From the IMG/VR virus record IMGVR_UViG_3300033406_000383: 20,000 nt of DNA; one strand, written 5' to 3'. The position numbers and the translations under genes are program-made. Below the pieces are notes generated by a model. It saw nothing but the letters and a program-made list of their open reading frames with translations, made no database searches and was not told the origin of the DNA. Origin of the DNA: an uncultured virus (IMG/VR IMGVR_UViG_3300033406_000383) (Duplodnaviria > Heunggongvirae > Uroviricota > Caudoviricetes). This document shows positions 1 through 8,267 of this stretch, one piece after another (position 1 is the first letter of the stretch; each line of letters starts with the position of its first letter).

Positions 1-58
1 CGTCACCCTTGGAATATGCTAGGAGTACTTGGTATACTACGATTTCTAAATTATTCAT
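1..58 (-). CDS. Hypothetical protein, 5' part only (runs off the window)
   Basis: ATG at 58 with AAGGAGG RBS; reads MNNLEIVVYQVLLAYSKGD... with no stop before position 1. Confidence 0.6.
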   Translation of the reverse strand, partial: MNNLEIVVYQVLLAYSKGD

Positions 59-87
59 TGATTGCCTCCTTATATTCACGAAGAATG

Positions 88-119
88 TTGGTTTCCTTTG
101 GTTTCGCAGATGGACATGG
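88..119 (-). repeat. Junction motif copy 1
   Basis: Minus strand CCATGT-CCATCTGC-GAAACCAAAGGAAACCAA, directly after the TAA of 120..638. Confidence 0.9.
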
Positions 120-638
120 TTATACTGCGGTTAGCTCCGATTCACTATGGAACACATCTCCAGATTCATCAGCAAACCCTGTGCCTTCGTAGTCATACCC
201 TGTATCCGTTGGGATGACTTTGGTAATGCGTAGGTACTGATGGTCTTCATTGGATACTACGAATTGTCCTATAGAGAACTTAGGTTCTGGCTTGGGTTCT
301 TCCCAAAGTTTCCACTTGTCATTTACGCAGTTCTCTACATGCGCGACCCATGTATTCCCATGCTTCCCTCGACCTATGAATTGTCCATTGAAATACTCAA
401 TGTGATTGTCTGGGCATTGCCCTTCGTATTGTACTGGTGTTCCCTTGATGGCGAGGACTAATGCTTCTCCTGCGGTCAACCATTGTTCCTCTGGTACTAC
501 TTCGCAGTCCTCCTTGTGAATTCCCCAGTGTCTTTCATCTGATAGTTCATAGAATTTATCATCATATTCACGGACATCAAAGATTTTTCCTATGTAACCC
601 TCGTACCAATAGTTATCCTTTGTTATCTTTACTTTCAT
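120..638 (-). CDS. Hypothetical phage protein with a C-terminal SH3/KOW-like segment
   Basis: 172-aa ORF, GGAGG RBS, ATGA overlap with the upstream gene; C-terminal PKFSIGQFVV...ESELTAV. Confidence 0.75.
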   Translation of the reverse strand: MKVKITKDNYWYEGYIGKIFDVREYDDKFYELSDERHWGIHKEDCEVVPEEQWLTAGEALVLAIKGTPVQYEGQCPDNHIEYFNGQFIGRGKHGNTWVAHVENCVNDKWKLWEEPKPEPKFSIGQFVVSNEDHQYLRITKVIPTDTGYDYEGTGFADESGDVFHSESELTAV

Positions 639-1090
639 GCTGATTCCTCCTTAGATTTCTTTGCTTTCTTCGCATCCCTACGACATTTCTGGAGATAGTC
701 GTAAGATACCCATGGATTCCCATCCACCGCATACTTAGTACTTTTGGTTACCCATCGTAGTTCCTCTGGATACCTATAGAGATACAGTTTTCGCCTTAGA
801 TCCCCTTGTTGCGTGGAGATACCTTTAGCATCCCAGTATACCTTAGTTCCCTCTTGGTCTATCGTGAGGAAATCAGGTGTATATGTCACTGGCAACACTG
901 TTTTACCATCGCGTTTGAACTTAGGCTGTAGCTCTAGTTTAGGCTGCAGGATTATCTCTGTGAATTCCCCTGCTTCCTTGCGTCTAAGGAGTTCGATGTA
1001 GAAATCCTTTTCCAAAGTACTATCAAAGTTTATCCCTTGATATACACATTTGATACTGCGTTGACCTTTGGACTTCTTTGGTTTTGCTAT
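635..1090 (-). CDS. DUF1064-like PD-(D/E)xK nuclease (possible resolvase role); probable ATA start at 1090
   Basis: GINFDSTLE, LQPKLELQPKF, TYTPDF and WDAKG motifs; frame is open upstream of the track start (1015) as far as TGA at 1097-1099. Confidence 0.75.
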   Translation of the reverse strand: MAKPKKSKGQRSIKCVYQGINFDSTLEKDFYIELLRRKEAGEFTEIILQPKLELQPKFKRDGKTVLPVTYTPDFLTIDQEGTKVYWDAKGISTQQGDLRRKLYLYRYPEELRWVTKSTKYAVDGNPWVSYDYLQKCRRDAKKAKKSKEESA

Positions 1091-1278
1091 ATTCCCTCAC
1101 CTGCCAATGATCCAACGATTGCGGTGATAACTTCGTTGACTACCTCTGTATTAAATGGCTCACACTCGCAGTACCCAAGACTTGTTAGGACTCCTAAGAG
1201 CACCTGTGCGGATTCTAAGTCTAACTTCAGACTTACCTCGGTTTCCTTTGGAAACGTTGCTTTTGCTTTGATATTCAT
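1087..1278 (-). CDS. Hypothetical protein
   Basis: Start moved to ATG 1278 (MNIKAK), AAAGGAG upstream, ATGA overlap with 1275..1451. Confidence 0.6.
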   Translation of the reverse strand: MNIKAKATFPKETEVSLKLDLESAQVLLGVLTSLGYCECEPFNTEVVNEVITAIVGSLAGEGI

Positions 1279-1451
1279 TGTATTCCACGCTCCTTTAATT
1301 GTCTGTGGACTTCCCATAGCATTTCATTGACTTCACTTGGATTGAACTTGAGTTTGTCATGGACTAGCACTCCATTCCATTCGCAGGACGATGAATTAAC
1401 AAGGTCATACAGGATTTCTGCGGTATGCGTAGGCAAACGTAGGTCAATCAC
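1275..1451 (-). CDS. Hypothetical 58-aa protein (not in ORF track)
   Basis: GTG start overlaps the upstream stop (GTGA) and the stop overlaps the downstream ATG; MIDLRLPTHTAEILYDL...KERGIQ; fills the gap exactly. Confidence 0.6.
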   Translation of the reverse strand: MIDLRLPTHTAEILYDLVNSSSCEWNGVLVHDKLKFNPSEVNEMLWEVHRQLKERGIQ

Positions 1452-1951
1452 AGTACCACCGCAGTCAGCTTTGACTCCTCATAGGTCTTCAACGGGCACT
1501 TCTCTGCGACACTGAATTTAACTTTGTATGTTCTCTTGCCTTTGGTGACTTTCATAGGTTCAGCGATGAATCCGATGTCGCCCTGATAGTTCGCTATGAG
1601 TTGCTGTGGTTGGAACTTGGGCTTCTCATTGACACTCTCAATGACACCTTGAATACCTAAGTATTTCTCAAGACTGCCATGGCATCCTCCGATAACCTTG
1701 ACCTCATCGCCTACTTTGATCGCCATAGGTTTCTCTGCCTCCTCTTTGATTAACTCAAGTTCATCTGGTTCATAATCCCAATCATCGCCATTGATTTCTA
1801 CGCCAACCATAGGCTTATCATAGCCACCACTGTTCATTTTAGGAGTATGTAGATGTACCACTGCTCCTTTAGAACCAACCACTGCTCTGTTCCATCTTCC
1901 GACATTGAGATTTCTTGAGAATACAACTTCGTCGCCAACTTTAAATTCCAT
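1448..1951 (-). CDS. Hypothetical protein with two tandem SH3/KOW-like repeats
   Basis: MEFKVGDEVV...PDELEL and AIKVGDEVKV...ESKLTAV; GAGGAGG RBS. Confidence 0.75.
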   Translation of the reverse strand: MEFKVGDEVVFSRNLNVGRWNRAVVGSKGAVVHLHTPKMNSGGYDKPMVGVEINGDDWDYEPDELELIKEEAEKPMAIKVGDEVKVIGGCHGSLEKYLGIQGVIESVNEKPKFQPQQLIANYQGDIGFIAEPMKVTKGKRTYKVKFSVAEKCPLKTYEESKLTAVVL

Positions 1952-1963
1952 AGTATCTCCTCC

Positions 1964-1995
1964 TCAGTTTCCTTTGGTTTCCTAGTTAGTCATAG
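1964..1995 (-). repeat. Junction motif copy 2
   Basis: CTATGA-CTAACTAG-GAAACCAAAGGAAACTGA; overlaps the kinase stop and abuts the next RBS. Confidence 0.9.
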
Positions 1996-2593
1996 TGAAC
2001 CCTATATAAGCCATCAAAGTGTCCACGTTATGCCTGAGCTCATCTAGGGAACCTTGGTTTATTACGCGATACCCACAGAGTTCCTTGAGTCCCTTGATCT
2101 CTGACTCCGCCACATGCATCAATGAGTCAGCATCGTATCCACCGTCTCTCTGAGACAACCTAGCGACTCTTACGTCCTCACTGCACTCCACATAGATGCT
2201 GTGGAAGTCTGAGAATGCTTGGAACTCATTGATGAATCTGCAGTCTGTGATGATGACCGGGGTTCTACAGCGAGCTACCTTAGCTTTCACTGCGTCTATC
2301 CAGATGTCAGCATAGTATTCCCTTGCCCACATGCCGAGGTCTTGAAGTAATCTACGGTCTTTCCCTTGATCCTCTGGGTAGCACATGAATTGCCGTAGTC
2401 TTCTTCGGTAGTCCGAGGGTTCCTTGCCATCAAAGAGTTGACCCATGTACGCTATGGCTCCATTGATGTCGCGGATTCTAAGGAGTCTCGCGACCAGCTT
2501 GAGATCATCTGCGAAGGCTATGCGAGTCCCTGGGAGCAACGAGGATACTGTGTCCTTCCCTGATCCTGCCTCGCCGATTATAATGTAGTTCAT
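1982..2593 (-). CDS. Deoxynucleoside monophosphate kinase (phage dNMP kinase)
   Basis: P-loop GEAGSGKDT, FADDLK, RRLLQDLG, VIITDCRFINE. Confidence 0.85.
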   Translation of the reverse strand: MNYIIIGEAGSGKDTVSSLLPGTRIAFADDLKLVARLLRIRDINGAIAYMGQLFDGKEPSDYRRRLRQFMCYPEDQGKDRRLLQDLGMWAREYYADIWIDAVKAKVARCRTPVIITDCRFINEFQAFSDFHSIYVECSEDVRVARLSQRDGGYDADSLMHVAESEIKGLKELCGYRVINQGSLDELRHNVDTLMAYIGFTMTN

Positions 2594-3243
2594 AGGTTAA
2601 CTTCCTTGAGTTCATCTTCGACCTTCTTAGTACCGTAGCCATCGCCTATGTATTCCTCAGTGAAATATGAAATGTCATAGGTTCCATCGTTATTAACTTT
2701 GACAATTCTGCAGTATTCTCTGTTTGTTGCTACGACTTGTCCTCGCTTAAACTTAGGCTCTGCGATGTATTCCTTGAGGAATCTCTGTTGCACAAAGAAT
2801 ACCTTGCCATCGCTGATTCTGCGGATTATTGTATCGTTGGATTCCTCGCATCTTCCTGGTAGTGTTAAGTTTATTCCTGTGATTTCATAAATACACTGTT
2901 TGCCATCGAGCGTTACTAGTCCTGACCACGATTCCTTTAGTTCTCCATTGACGAATTCATAGGAATAACTTCCGTCTCTCGATGTAACCTTGGAACCCAC
3001 TGTTAGCATTGATTTCTCGCTTTCATTGATTAATTCGAAGCTACTTTGATTACATCCACGCATGACTCTGCCATTGTCAAAGTTGAACCATGTCTTACTA
3101 TTGATGTTGTCTATGGATATCGTGGCTTTCCATCCGATATCATAGTTAAAATAATAGGTGTCTCGGTCACTTCCTTGAGGCTTCCCAAAGTCACACCCTT
3201 GATCTACCGCGATTACCCTTTGTCCTTCTTTGAATTTACCCAT
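2590..3243 (-). CDS. Hypothetical protein with three SH3/KOW-like repeats
   Basis: Start moved to ATG 3243 (GGAGG RBS); KFKEGQRV, LTVGSKV, PKFKRGQVV...EDELKEV. Confidence 0.75.
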   Translation of the reverse strand: MGKFKEGQRVIAVDQGCDFGKPQGSDRDTYYFNYDIGWKATISIDNINSKTWFNFDNGRVMRGCNQSSFELINESEKSMLTVGSKVTSRDGSYSYEFVNGELKESWSGLVTLDGKQCIYEITGINLTLPGRCEESNDTIIRRISDGKVFFVQQRFLKEYIAEPKFKRGQVVATNREYCRIVKVNNDGTYDISYFTEEYIGDGYGTKKVEDELKEVNL

Positions 3244-3260
3244 TGTATCTCCTCCGTTTC

Positions 3261-3292
3261 TTAGTTTCCTTTGGTTTCTCATTTAGGCATGA
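3261..3292 (-). repeat. Junction motif copy 3
   Basis: TCATGC-CTAAATGA-GAAACCAAAGGAAACTAA. Confidence 0.9.
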
Positions 3293-4044
3293 GGAACCCA
3301 TAGTTTAACCTCACCACTATGCCTATCATAGAGTTCTGGGGTTAATAACTTTGCCATCCTAGCCATTAGCAATGCTTCTTCCTCGGTTTGTCCTTTGGAT
3401 TCATAGATGGAAACGATGTTCTCCCAAGTTACCCCTGCTTCCAATGCAAGGCGAGCCTTCTTATCACCGATGCCCTTTGCACCACCAAAGCCATCTACTG
3501 AATCACCTTTGAGCGTCTGGTAATAATGATGCCACAATGCTGTCTGCGGATCAGTGACTTCGAAGGTTTCACGTTTCCAGTTGTATACGGTGGTATTCCT
3601 AGTTGTTAGTAGGTCTTTATCTATAGAACATACGCAGGTATTATCCAAAGACTCGCCAAGGATACAAAGAACGTCATCGGCCTCCAAATTCTCCCAGCAT
3701 TCACAGTCATACTTAGATTCTACGAAGGCTCTGACATCAGAGAGCAGCTTAGGCTTCGGTGCTGTTCTATTGGATTTATACAGTGGATTCAGTGTTTTGC
3801 GGAAGTTCTTAGAGTGACTAAGGCACATTGTTACCTTGTAATCCTCTGTCCGATAAAAGTGTTCTCTGACCTTTGCTATAATGTGAGCTACTTGGTAACT
3901 TAGGACTGCTGTAGCTTTCCCCAGGTCATATTCTTCGGTGACAATACCGTCTCCCCAGTCTACCTTGTTGCAACCTACGATGGCACTGGTAAAGCAGAGT
4001 ATGTCAGCGTCAATGAGGATGTTCAGTGTTTTACTCAGGTTCAT
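3283..4044 (-). CDS. 5'-3' exonuclease, T7 gp6-like (FEN/PIN fold)
   Basis: LIDADIL, NFRK..NPLYKSNR, LEADDV, SIDKDL, GDSVDGFGGAKGIG; start is ATG 4044 or GTG 4047. Confidence 0.9.
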   Translation of the reverse strand: MNLSKTLNILIDADILCFTSAIVGCNKVDWGDGIVTEEYDLGKATAVLSYQVAHIIAKVREHFYRTEDYKVTMCLSHSKNFRKTLNPLYKSNRTAPKPKLLSDVRAFVESKYDCECWENLEADDVLCILGESLDNTCVCSIDKDLLTTRNTTVYNWKRETFEVTDPQTALWHHYYQTLKGDSVDGFGGAKGIGDKKARLALEAGVTWENIVSIYESKGQTEEEALLMARMAKLLTPELYDRHSGEVKLWVPHA

Positions 4045-4053
4045 CACACTCCT

Positions 4054-4085
4054 TTAGTTTCCTTTGGTTACTCACCCAGGCATAG
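4054..4085 (-). repeat. Junction motif copy 4
   Basis: CTATGC-CTGGGTGA-GTAACCAAAGGAAACTAA, runs into the exonuclease RBS. Confidence 0.9.
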
Positions 4086-4090
4086 CAAAG

Positions 4091-4381
4091 TTATTCCTTG
4101 TACCCAACGATATCGCAGAGATCAATGGCAAGATTGAATGTCGCTGTTTCTCTGCCATATTTCAATGATAGCAACGAATCTTCGGATCTTACCTTGTTCT
4201 CCTTGATAAACCCTTGAACAACACTGACCAACCTTTGCAATTCTGCGAGTTCAGCTTGGGCATTAGTAAGTATTTCTTTGTGTTCATCGAGTAATCCTGG
4301 CATTTTATCATAGATATCGCCTAGATATAACTGTGATGCACTTAGTAATTCCAATGCTTCTGTGATGTGCTTTGTTTTCAT
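4091..4381 (-). CDS. Hypothetical protein
   Basis: 96-aa ORF with AAGGAGG RBS. Confidence 0.7.
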   Translation of the reverse strand: MKTKHITEALELLSASQLYLGDIYDKMPGLLDEHKEILTNAQAELAELQRLVSVVQGFIKENKVRSEDSLLSLKYGRETATFNLAIDLCDIVGYKE

Positions 4382-4393
4382 TGGGTTCCCTCC

Positions 4394-4549
4394 TTATTCT
4401 CCAAGAATTACATTGCCATCATAGTCAATATCTACGAAACATACAATGTTATAGTCAGAGATTTCATTGTCTCCACTGCTCTTGTCATAGTACACCTGAG
4501 CATCCTGTGGCATTTCCTGGAGCTTTTCTATGAGTTCTTTGACTGTCAT
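4394..4549 (-). CDS. Hypothetical 51-aa phage protein (not in ORF track)
   Basis: MTVKELIEKLQEMPQDAQV..., an N-terminus common in small phage proteins; GGAGG RBS; ATGA overlap. Confidence 0.75.
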   Translation of the reverse strand: MTVKELIEKLQEMPQDAQVYYDKSSGDNEISDYNIVCFVDIDYDGNVILGE

Positions 4550-4734
4550 TGGGATTCCTCCTGTACTTCCCAAGATAAATCAATGTGCTCCCATGCCCAT
4601 TCATTGACTTGCTGCTGAATTACTTCGTCTCTTTGTTCCTCGGTTTTACCTTCGAGCCATTCATCTGGTACTTCAATGACTCCCTTATGTTCGCCAATGG
4701 CGAAACCAGTACTCAATGCTACCTTGACTTTCAT
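4546..4734 (-). CDS. Small acidic hypothetical phage protein
   Basis: 62 aa, GAGGAGG RBS, first gene after the SigA promoter at 4766-4794. Confidence 0.75.
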   Translation of the reverse strand: MKVKVALSTGFAIGEHKGVIEVPDEWLEGKTEEQRDEVIQQQVNEWAWEHIDLSWEVQEESQ

Positions 4735-4765
4735 TGTTTCCCTCCTCGATTAACCTTATATACTT

Positions 4766-4794
4766 ATGATACTACATAGTTTCCTTTGTGTCAA
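4766..4794 (-). promoter_or_regulatory. SigA-type promoter with a partial junction motif in the spacer
   Basis: TTGACA-caaaggaaactatgtag (17 nt)-TATCAT. Confidence 0.8.
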
Positions 4795-4802
4795 TGGTTT
4801 CT

Positions 4803-6908
4803 TTAGGAGATTTTAAGTCTTTCTCGAATCGTTGTTTCCTTCTTGAATGCTTCGAGTTCAAAGAACTTCTGTCCAGCATCGCGTCTACATTTACCTATCT
4901 TGCAACTTATGACATTCTCAAGTTCTTGTCGCTCAATGTGGCTAAGTTCTGGGTTTTCCCCTGTTTTCCATAGTAATAATATGATATCACCAGTGGCTTC
5001 TAAGGCTCCCCCTCCCTTCATTTGCGAAATGTCAGGCTCAGACCATGATTTCACTGTGCGATTCATTTGACTCAATGGAACCAGGATAATATTGAACTTC
5101 CTTGCCATCGGCTTGAATGCTGTGACTTTCGCCTCGAATTCACTGAAGTCGCCCATGCCAGCGATAAGTTGCACATAATCAATGAATACTACGTCCACTT
5201 TGCCATCAAAGGCATCATGGGTATTCGCGATGGCGATGCGCTCTTCGATTTGTTCCATAGTGAGCCCAGGAGTATCAATGACTTTGAGGTACTTTTGAAT
5301 CTGTGTGAATACCTTGGCATAATCAAAAGTCTTATCTCGGATCTTCTGTCGAAGTTCCCTGACTTCCATCTTATATATGTTAGCAATGATACGCTCATAG
5401 AGTGACCCAGCCGACATTTCGAGACTAAAGAATAATACATTGAGTTTCAATCGTATCGCCATGTGCAATGCCATTTCCATAGCAACAAAGGTTTTTCCTA
5501 CGGATGGCCTCGCTGCGATGAAAAACACATCAGACTTCCTGAGCCCTTCGAGGGATTTGTCAATACTTGGGTATCCAATAGTAATTCCATCGTGATTAAT
5601 AACCATATCCTGGCATTCCTTGACACATTCCATGGCATCCTTGAATTCTTTGATGATATTGTCAGCGATGGAAGCCTTGGACATCTTTAAATATGTGGTA
5701 ACATCGTCTAACTTCTGATCCCACCGTTTCGCGAGCATCTTGGCAATGTCGAGTTTTATCATTGGATTTTTCACAGTTGGCATGTATAGGTCTACCTCGC
5801 GATACTGTGCTTCAATGTCTTTACATTTGTCAAGGATCACTTCGAGACAATGGATATCGATGTGCTTTGTGGGATGATCTGCGATTTTAACATTGTAAAT
5901 CCCATAGGTATTAAGGATATGTATATCATTGGGGTCTTTGACCTTCTTAGTTTCGCCATTAGGGAACGTGAATTCTTCCTGGGGATATATAAATACTCTG
6001 ATGTTAAGGTTGGCTTTGTACTTATCTAGCTTTTCCCTGAGTTTTATAACTTCCTTGACTCCTGTGGAATCATTATCCATCAACGCAACAAAGGTCATTC
6101 CCTTGTGCATCTTATCAATGTCCTTAAGGATTGCAATGTGTTCCTTGGTTAGTCCTCCGCTGAGGTATCCACAGGAATTTAACCCTTGCATCTCACATGA
6201 AGCAACATCGTAGAAGCCCTCGCAGATGTACAGTGTCTTGTCAACATGGATAGTCTTTCGGATACGATGGTAATTATAGAGAATCTTACCCTTCTCAAAG
6301 ACTCCATCGGCATAACTGTTCTTATACGTTGGCTTAATGTCGCTGCCAGTGCGTCTCTTTGAAAAACCACTGCATCTCCCCCATGTATCAAAGATTGGAA
6401 AGATTATTCCTGGGAACACTGTCTCAGGTTTACTTTGGCTTGCTAGGAATGTGCCCTGTTCATCAAAGCCAATCTTGTAATTACTAATGAGTTCGTCGGA
6501 TAAACAACGCTTTTCACGAAGATGCTGCCGAACCTTATCTACATGCCCCATGAATTTTGCCATGTTATTCGTGTTTATTCTTACGATGTCCTTCTGTTGT
6601 TGGTATTCTTTGTCATCGCCTACGTTTATCTGCGCCTTTTCTGCGAGCTTCTCCACAGATCCATAAAATCCTAAGCCCTCCATTTCACTATGGAATTGTA
6701 TGGAGGAACCGTGACTGCCACAGCCATGACAGTAGTAGTATTCATTATTTATAACTACGAAAGACGTAGGATTCGATGCATCGGCGTGTCCTGGCAATGG
6801 GCATATCCCGCGCTGCTCCCCTGGATTTGACGTTGGTGATAACTCCATATATTCTTCTACGAGCTCTATGAGGTCTGTTTTTGCCAAAACTGCGTTAATT
6901 ATGGACAT
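4803..6908 (-). CDS. Fused DNA primase (CHC2 Zn finger + TOPRIM) / DnaB-type SF4 helicase
   Basis: CPLPGH...CHGC; ICEGFYD and MDND; Walker A ARPSVGKT, FFSLEM, FIDYVQL, LSQMNR. Confidence 0.93.
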   Translation of the reverse strand: MSIINAVLAKTDLIELVEEYMELSPTSNPGEQRGICPLPGHADASNPTSFVVINNEYYYCHGCGSHGSSIQFHSEMEGLGFYGSVEKLAEKAQINVGDDKEYQQQKDIVRINTNNMAKFMGHVDKVRQHLREKRCLSDELISNYKIGFDEQGTFLASQSKPETVFPGIIFPIFDTWGRCSGFSKRRTGSDIKPTYKNSYADGVFEKGKILYNYHRIRKTIHVDKTLYICEGFYDVASCEMQGLNSCGYLSGGLTKEHIAILKDIDKMHKGMTFVALMDNDSTGVKEVIKLREKLDKYKANLNIRVFIYPQEEFTFPNGETKKVKDPNDIHILNTYGIYNVKIADHPTKHIDIHCLEVILDKCKDIEAQYREVDLYMPTVKNPMIKLDIAKMLAKRWDQKLDDVTTYLKMSKASIADNIIKEFKDAMECVKECQDMVINHDGITIGYPSIDKSLEGLRKSDVFFIAARPSVGKTFVAMEMALHMAIRLKLNVLFFSLEMSAGSLYERIIANIYKMEVRELRQKIRDKTFDYAKVFTQIQKYLKVIDTPGLTMEQIEERIAIANTHDAFDGKVDVVFIDYVQLIAGMGDFSEFEAKVTAFKPMARKFNIILVPLSQMNRTVKSWSEPDISQMKGGGALEATGDIILLLWKTGENPELSHIERQELENVISCKIGKCRRDAGQKFFELEAFKKETTIRERLKIS

Positions 6909-7813
6909 TATATCACCTCTTTGATATTCCCAGGATTACTTTGCAACCTAAATTCACCATAGTACTTCACTTCGCCATCGTGACGAGCTTTCAATGCTTC
7001 ATCTATGGTTGGGAAGGTTCCCAGTGACACAGCTTTGCTATCTACGAATACCTTTGCGTAGAAATTCCCAGTGATAGGATTGAAGTAAACTCCTTGGTAT
7101 CCAGTGTTACTTTTTCTTTTTATGGATCTTCTGTTTCTTACATTTTCTTGTCTGGTGCATATTCTTAGGAATTCTTTGCGATTGTCTGCGGTATCATGGA
7201 ATTTATGGTCTGTCTCCATGTCTTCTGGGCAATCCATAACATATCTATGCAATCCTAAGATTTTACCATCGACCTGCGTAGTGATATATCCATTGTTGTT
7301 CATTTGCCACTTATGCTTCTTAATCTTATCTATATCTTCAATGTCCACTAAACCCCTGCCACGTTCATTACCATTAATATCAAAGCATATTATCTCAGCA
7401 TAGTCATCGTGTAATATGAATTCATTGTCATCATAGATAGTTCTCGATGTTTCTCCATGTTTTACTACTTGATAATAATGTTTCAAACATAGTAATTCAT
7501 CGGATACTGGGGATTTTACTATGCGACGAGTTTTATCACCACATACATCGCATGATTGATCCTTGGCATTGTGCGCTACCGTCTTTGCTTTCCCGTGGCA
7601 TTGCTTAGAACAATACATCGCATTGTGGTCTGTCCTATGTTCAAACTCTAACCCACAGTGCAAACATATGCTAAACATTGTCTTCCTTGGCTTATCGTAT
7701 TGAGCATTGTATTCTCTGTTGTAACATAGTCTACATAGTACTTTATTGAATTTATTAGTTTTGCCATAGATTTTACCTTCGGTTGTTCCACAGGTTTCGC
7801 ATATTTTAGCCAT
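6908..7813 (-). CDS. HNH-AP2 homing endonuclease with N-terminal Cys/His Zn-finger repeats
   Basis: LHRYVM...TDHKFHDTADNRKEFL...QEN (HNH); SNTGYQGVYF...LGTF...YGEF (AP2); three CxxC clusters; TAATG coupling to the primase-helicase. Confidence 0.85.
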   Translation of the reverse strand: MAKICETCGTTEGKIYGKTNKFNKVLCRLCYNREYNAQYDKPRKTMFSICLHCGLEFEHRTDHNAMYCSKQCHGKAKTVAHNAKDQSCDVCGDKTRRIVKSPVSDELLCLKHYYQVVKHGETSRTIYDDNEFILHDDYAEIICFDINGNERGRGLVDIEDIDKIKKHKWQMNNNGYITTQVDGKILGLHRYVMDCPEDMETDHKFHDTADNRKEFLRICTRQENVRNRRSIKRKSNTGYQGVYFNPITGNFYAKVFVDSKAVSLGTFPTIDEALKARHDGEVKYYGEFRLQSNPGNIKEVI

Positions 7814-7824
7814 AGAATCCCTCC

Positions 7825-7856
7825 TTAGTTTCCTTTAGTTACCCACGAAGACATAG
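7825..7856 (-). repeat. Junction motif copy 5
   Basis: CTATGT-CTTCGTGG-GTAACTAAAGGAAACTAA followed by GGAGG. Confidence 0.9.
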
Positions 7857-7865
7857 CTGTGCTCG

Positions 7866-8240
7866 CTAATCCTCGATCTTAACGATTTTCCTTTGTCTTC
7901 CCCACTGACTACAGCGACTCACTGAATCCATATAAATATCCACGACATCATCGCTACCTACTCTGTCCTTCACAGTGTATTCCCTGTCATCAATGTGAAT
8001 CTTAGTCCCAAAGGGGACTCCATTGTATGCTACGGCTCCCTCGTGGACTTTCTCACCATTTGCCATAGTATCTCCAGTATCACAGTCATCTCCTTGGGAA
8101 TACGCTGTGACGTACACTGTGATCTCTCGATACCTTGGAACTTCCACTGGTTCCTCTATAATCACCTCTGGTAATATGGGAACCTCGTAGTACTCCCCGA
8201 CTATACTAGGTACATACAAAGACAGCACCAAAATTATCAT
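7866..8240 (-). CDS. 3D-domain (MltA-like) cell-wall protein with hydrophobic N-terminus
   Basis: VTAYS, TMANG, AVA, PFGTKIHI, VKDR, VDIYM; start may be CTG 8252. Confidence 0.8.
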   Translation of the reverse strand: MIILVLSLYVPSIVGEYYEVPILPEVIIEEPVEVPRYREITVYVTAYSQGDDCDTGDTMANGEKVHEGAVAYNGVPFGTKIHIDDREYTVKDRVGSDDVVDIYMDSVSRCSQWGRQRKIVKIED

Positions 8241-8267
8241 TAGTATCCTCAGGTCAACATCGCCTCC

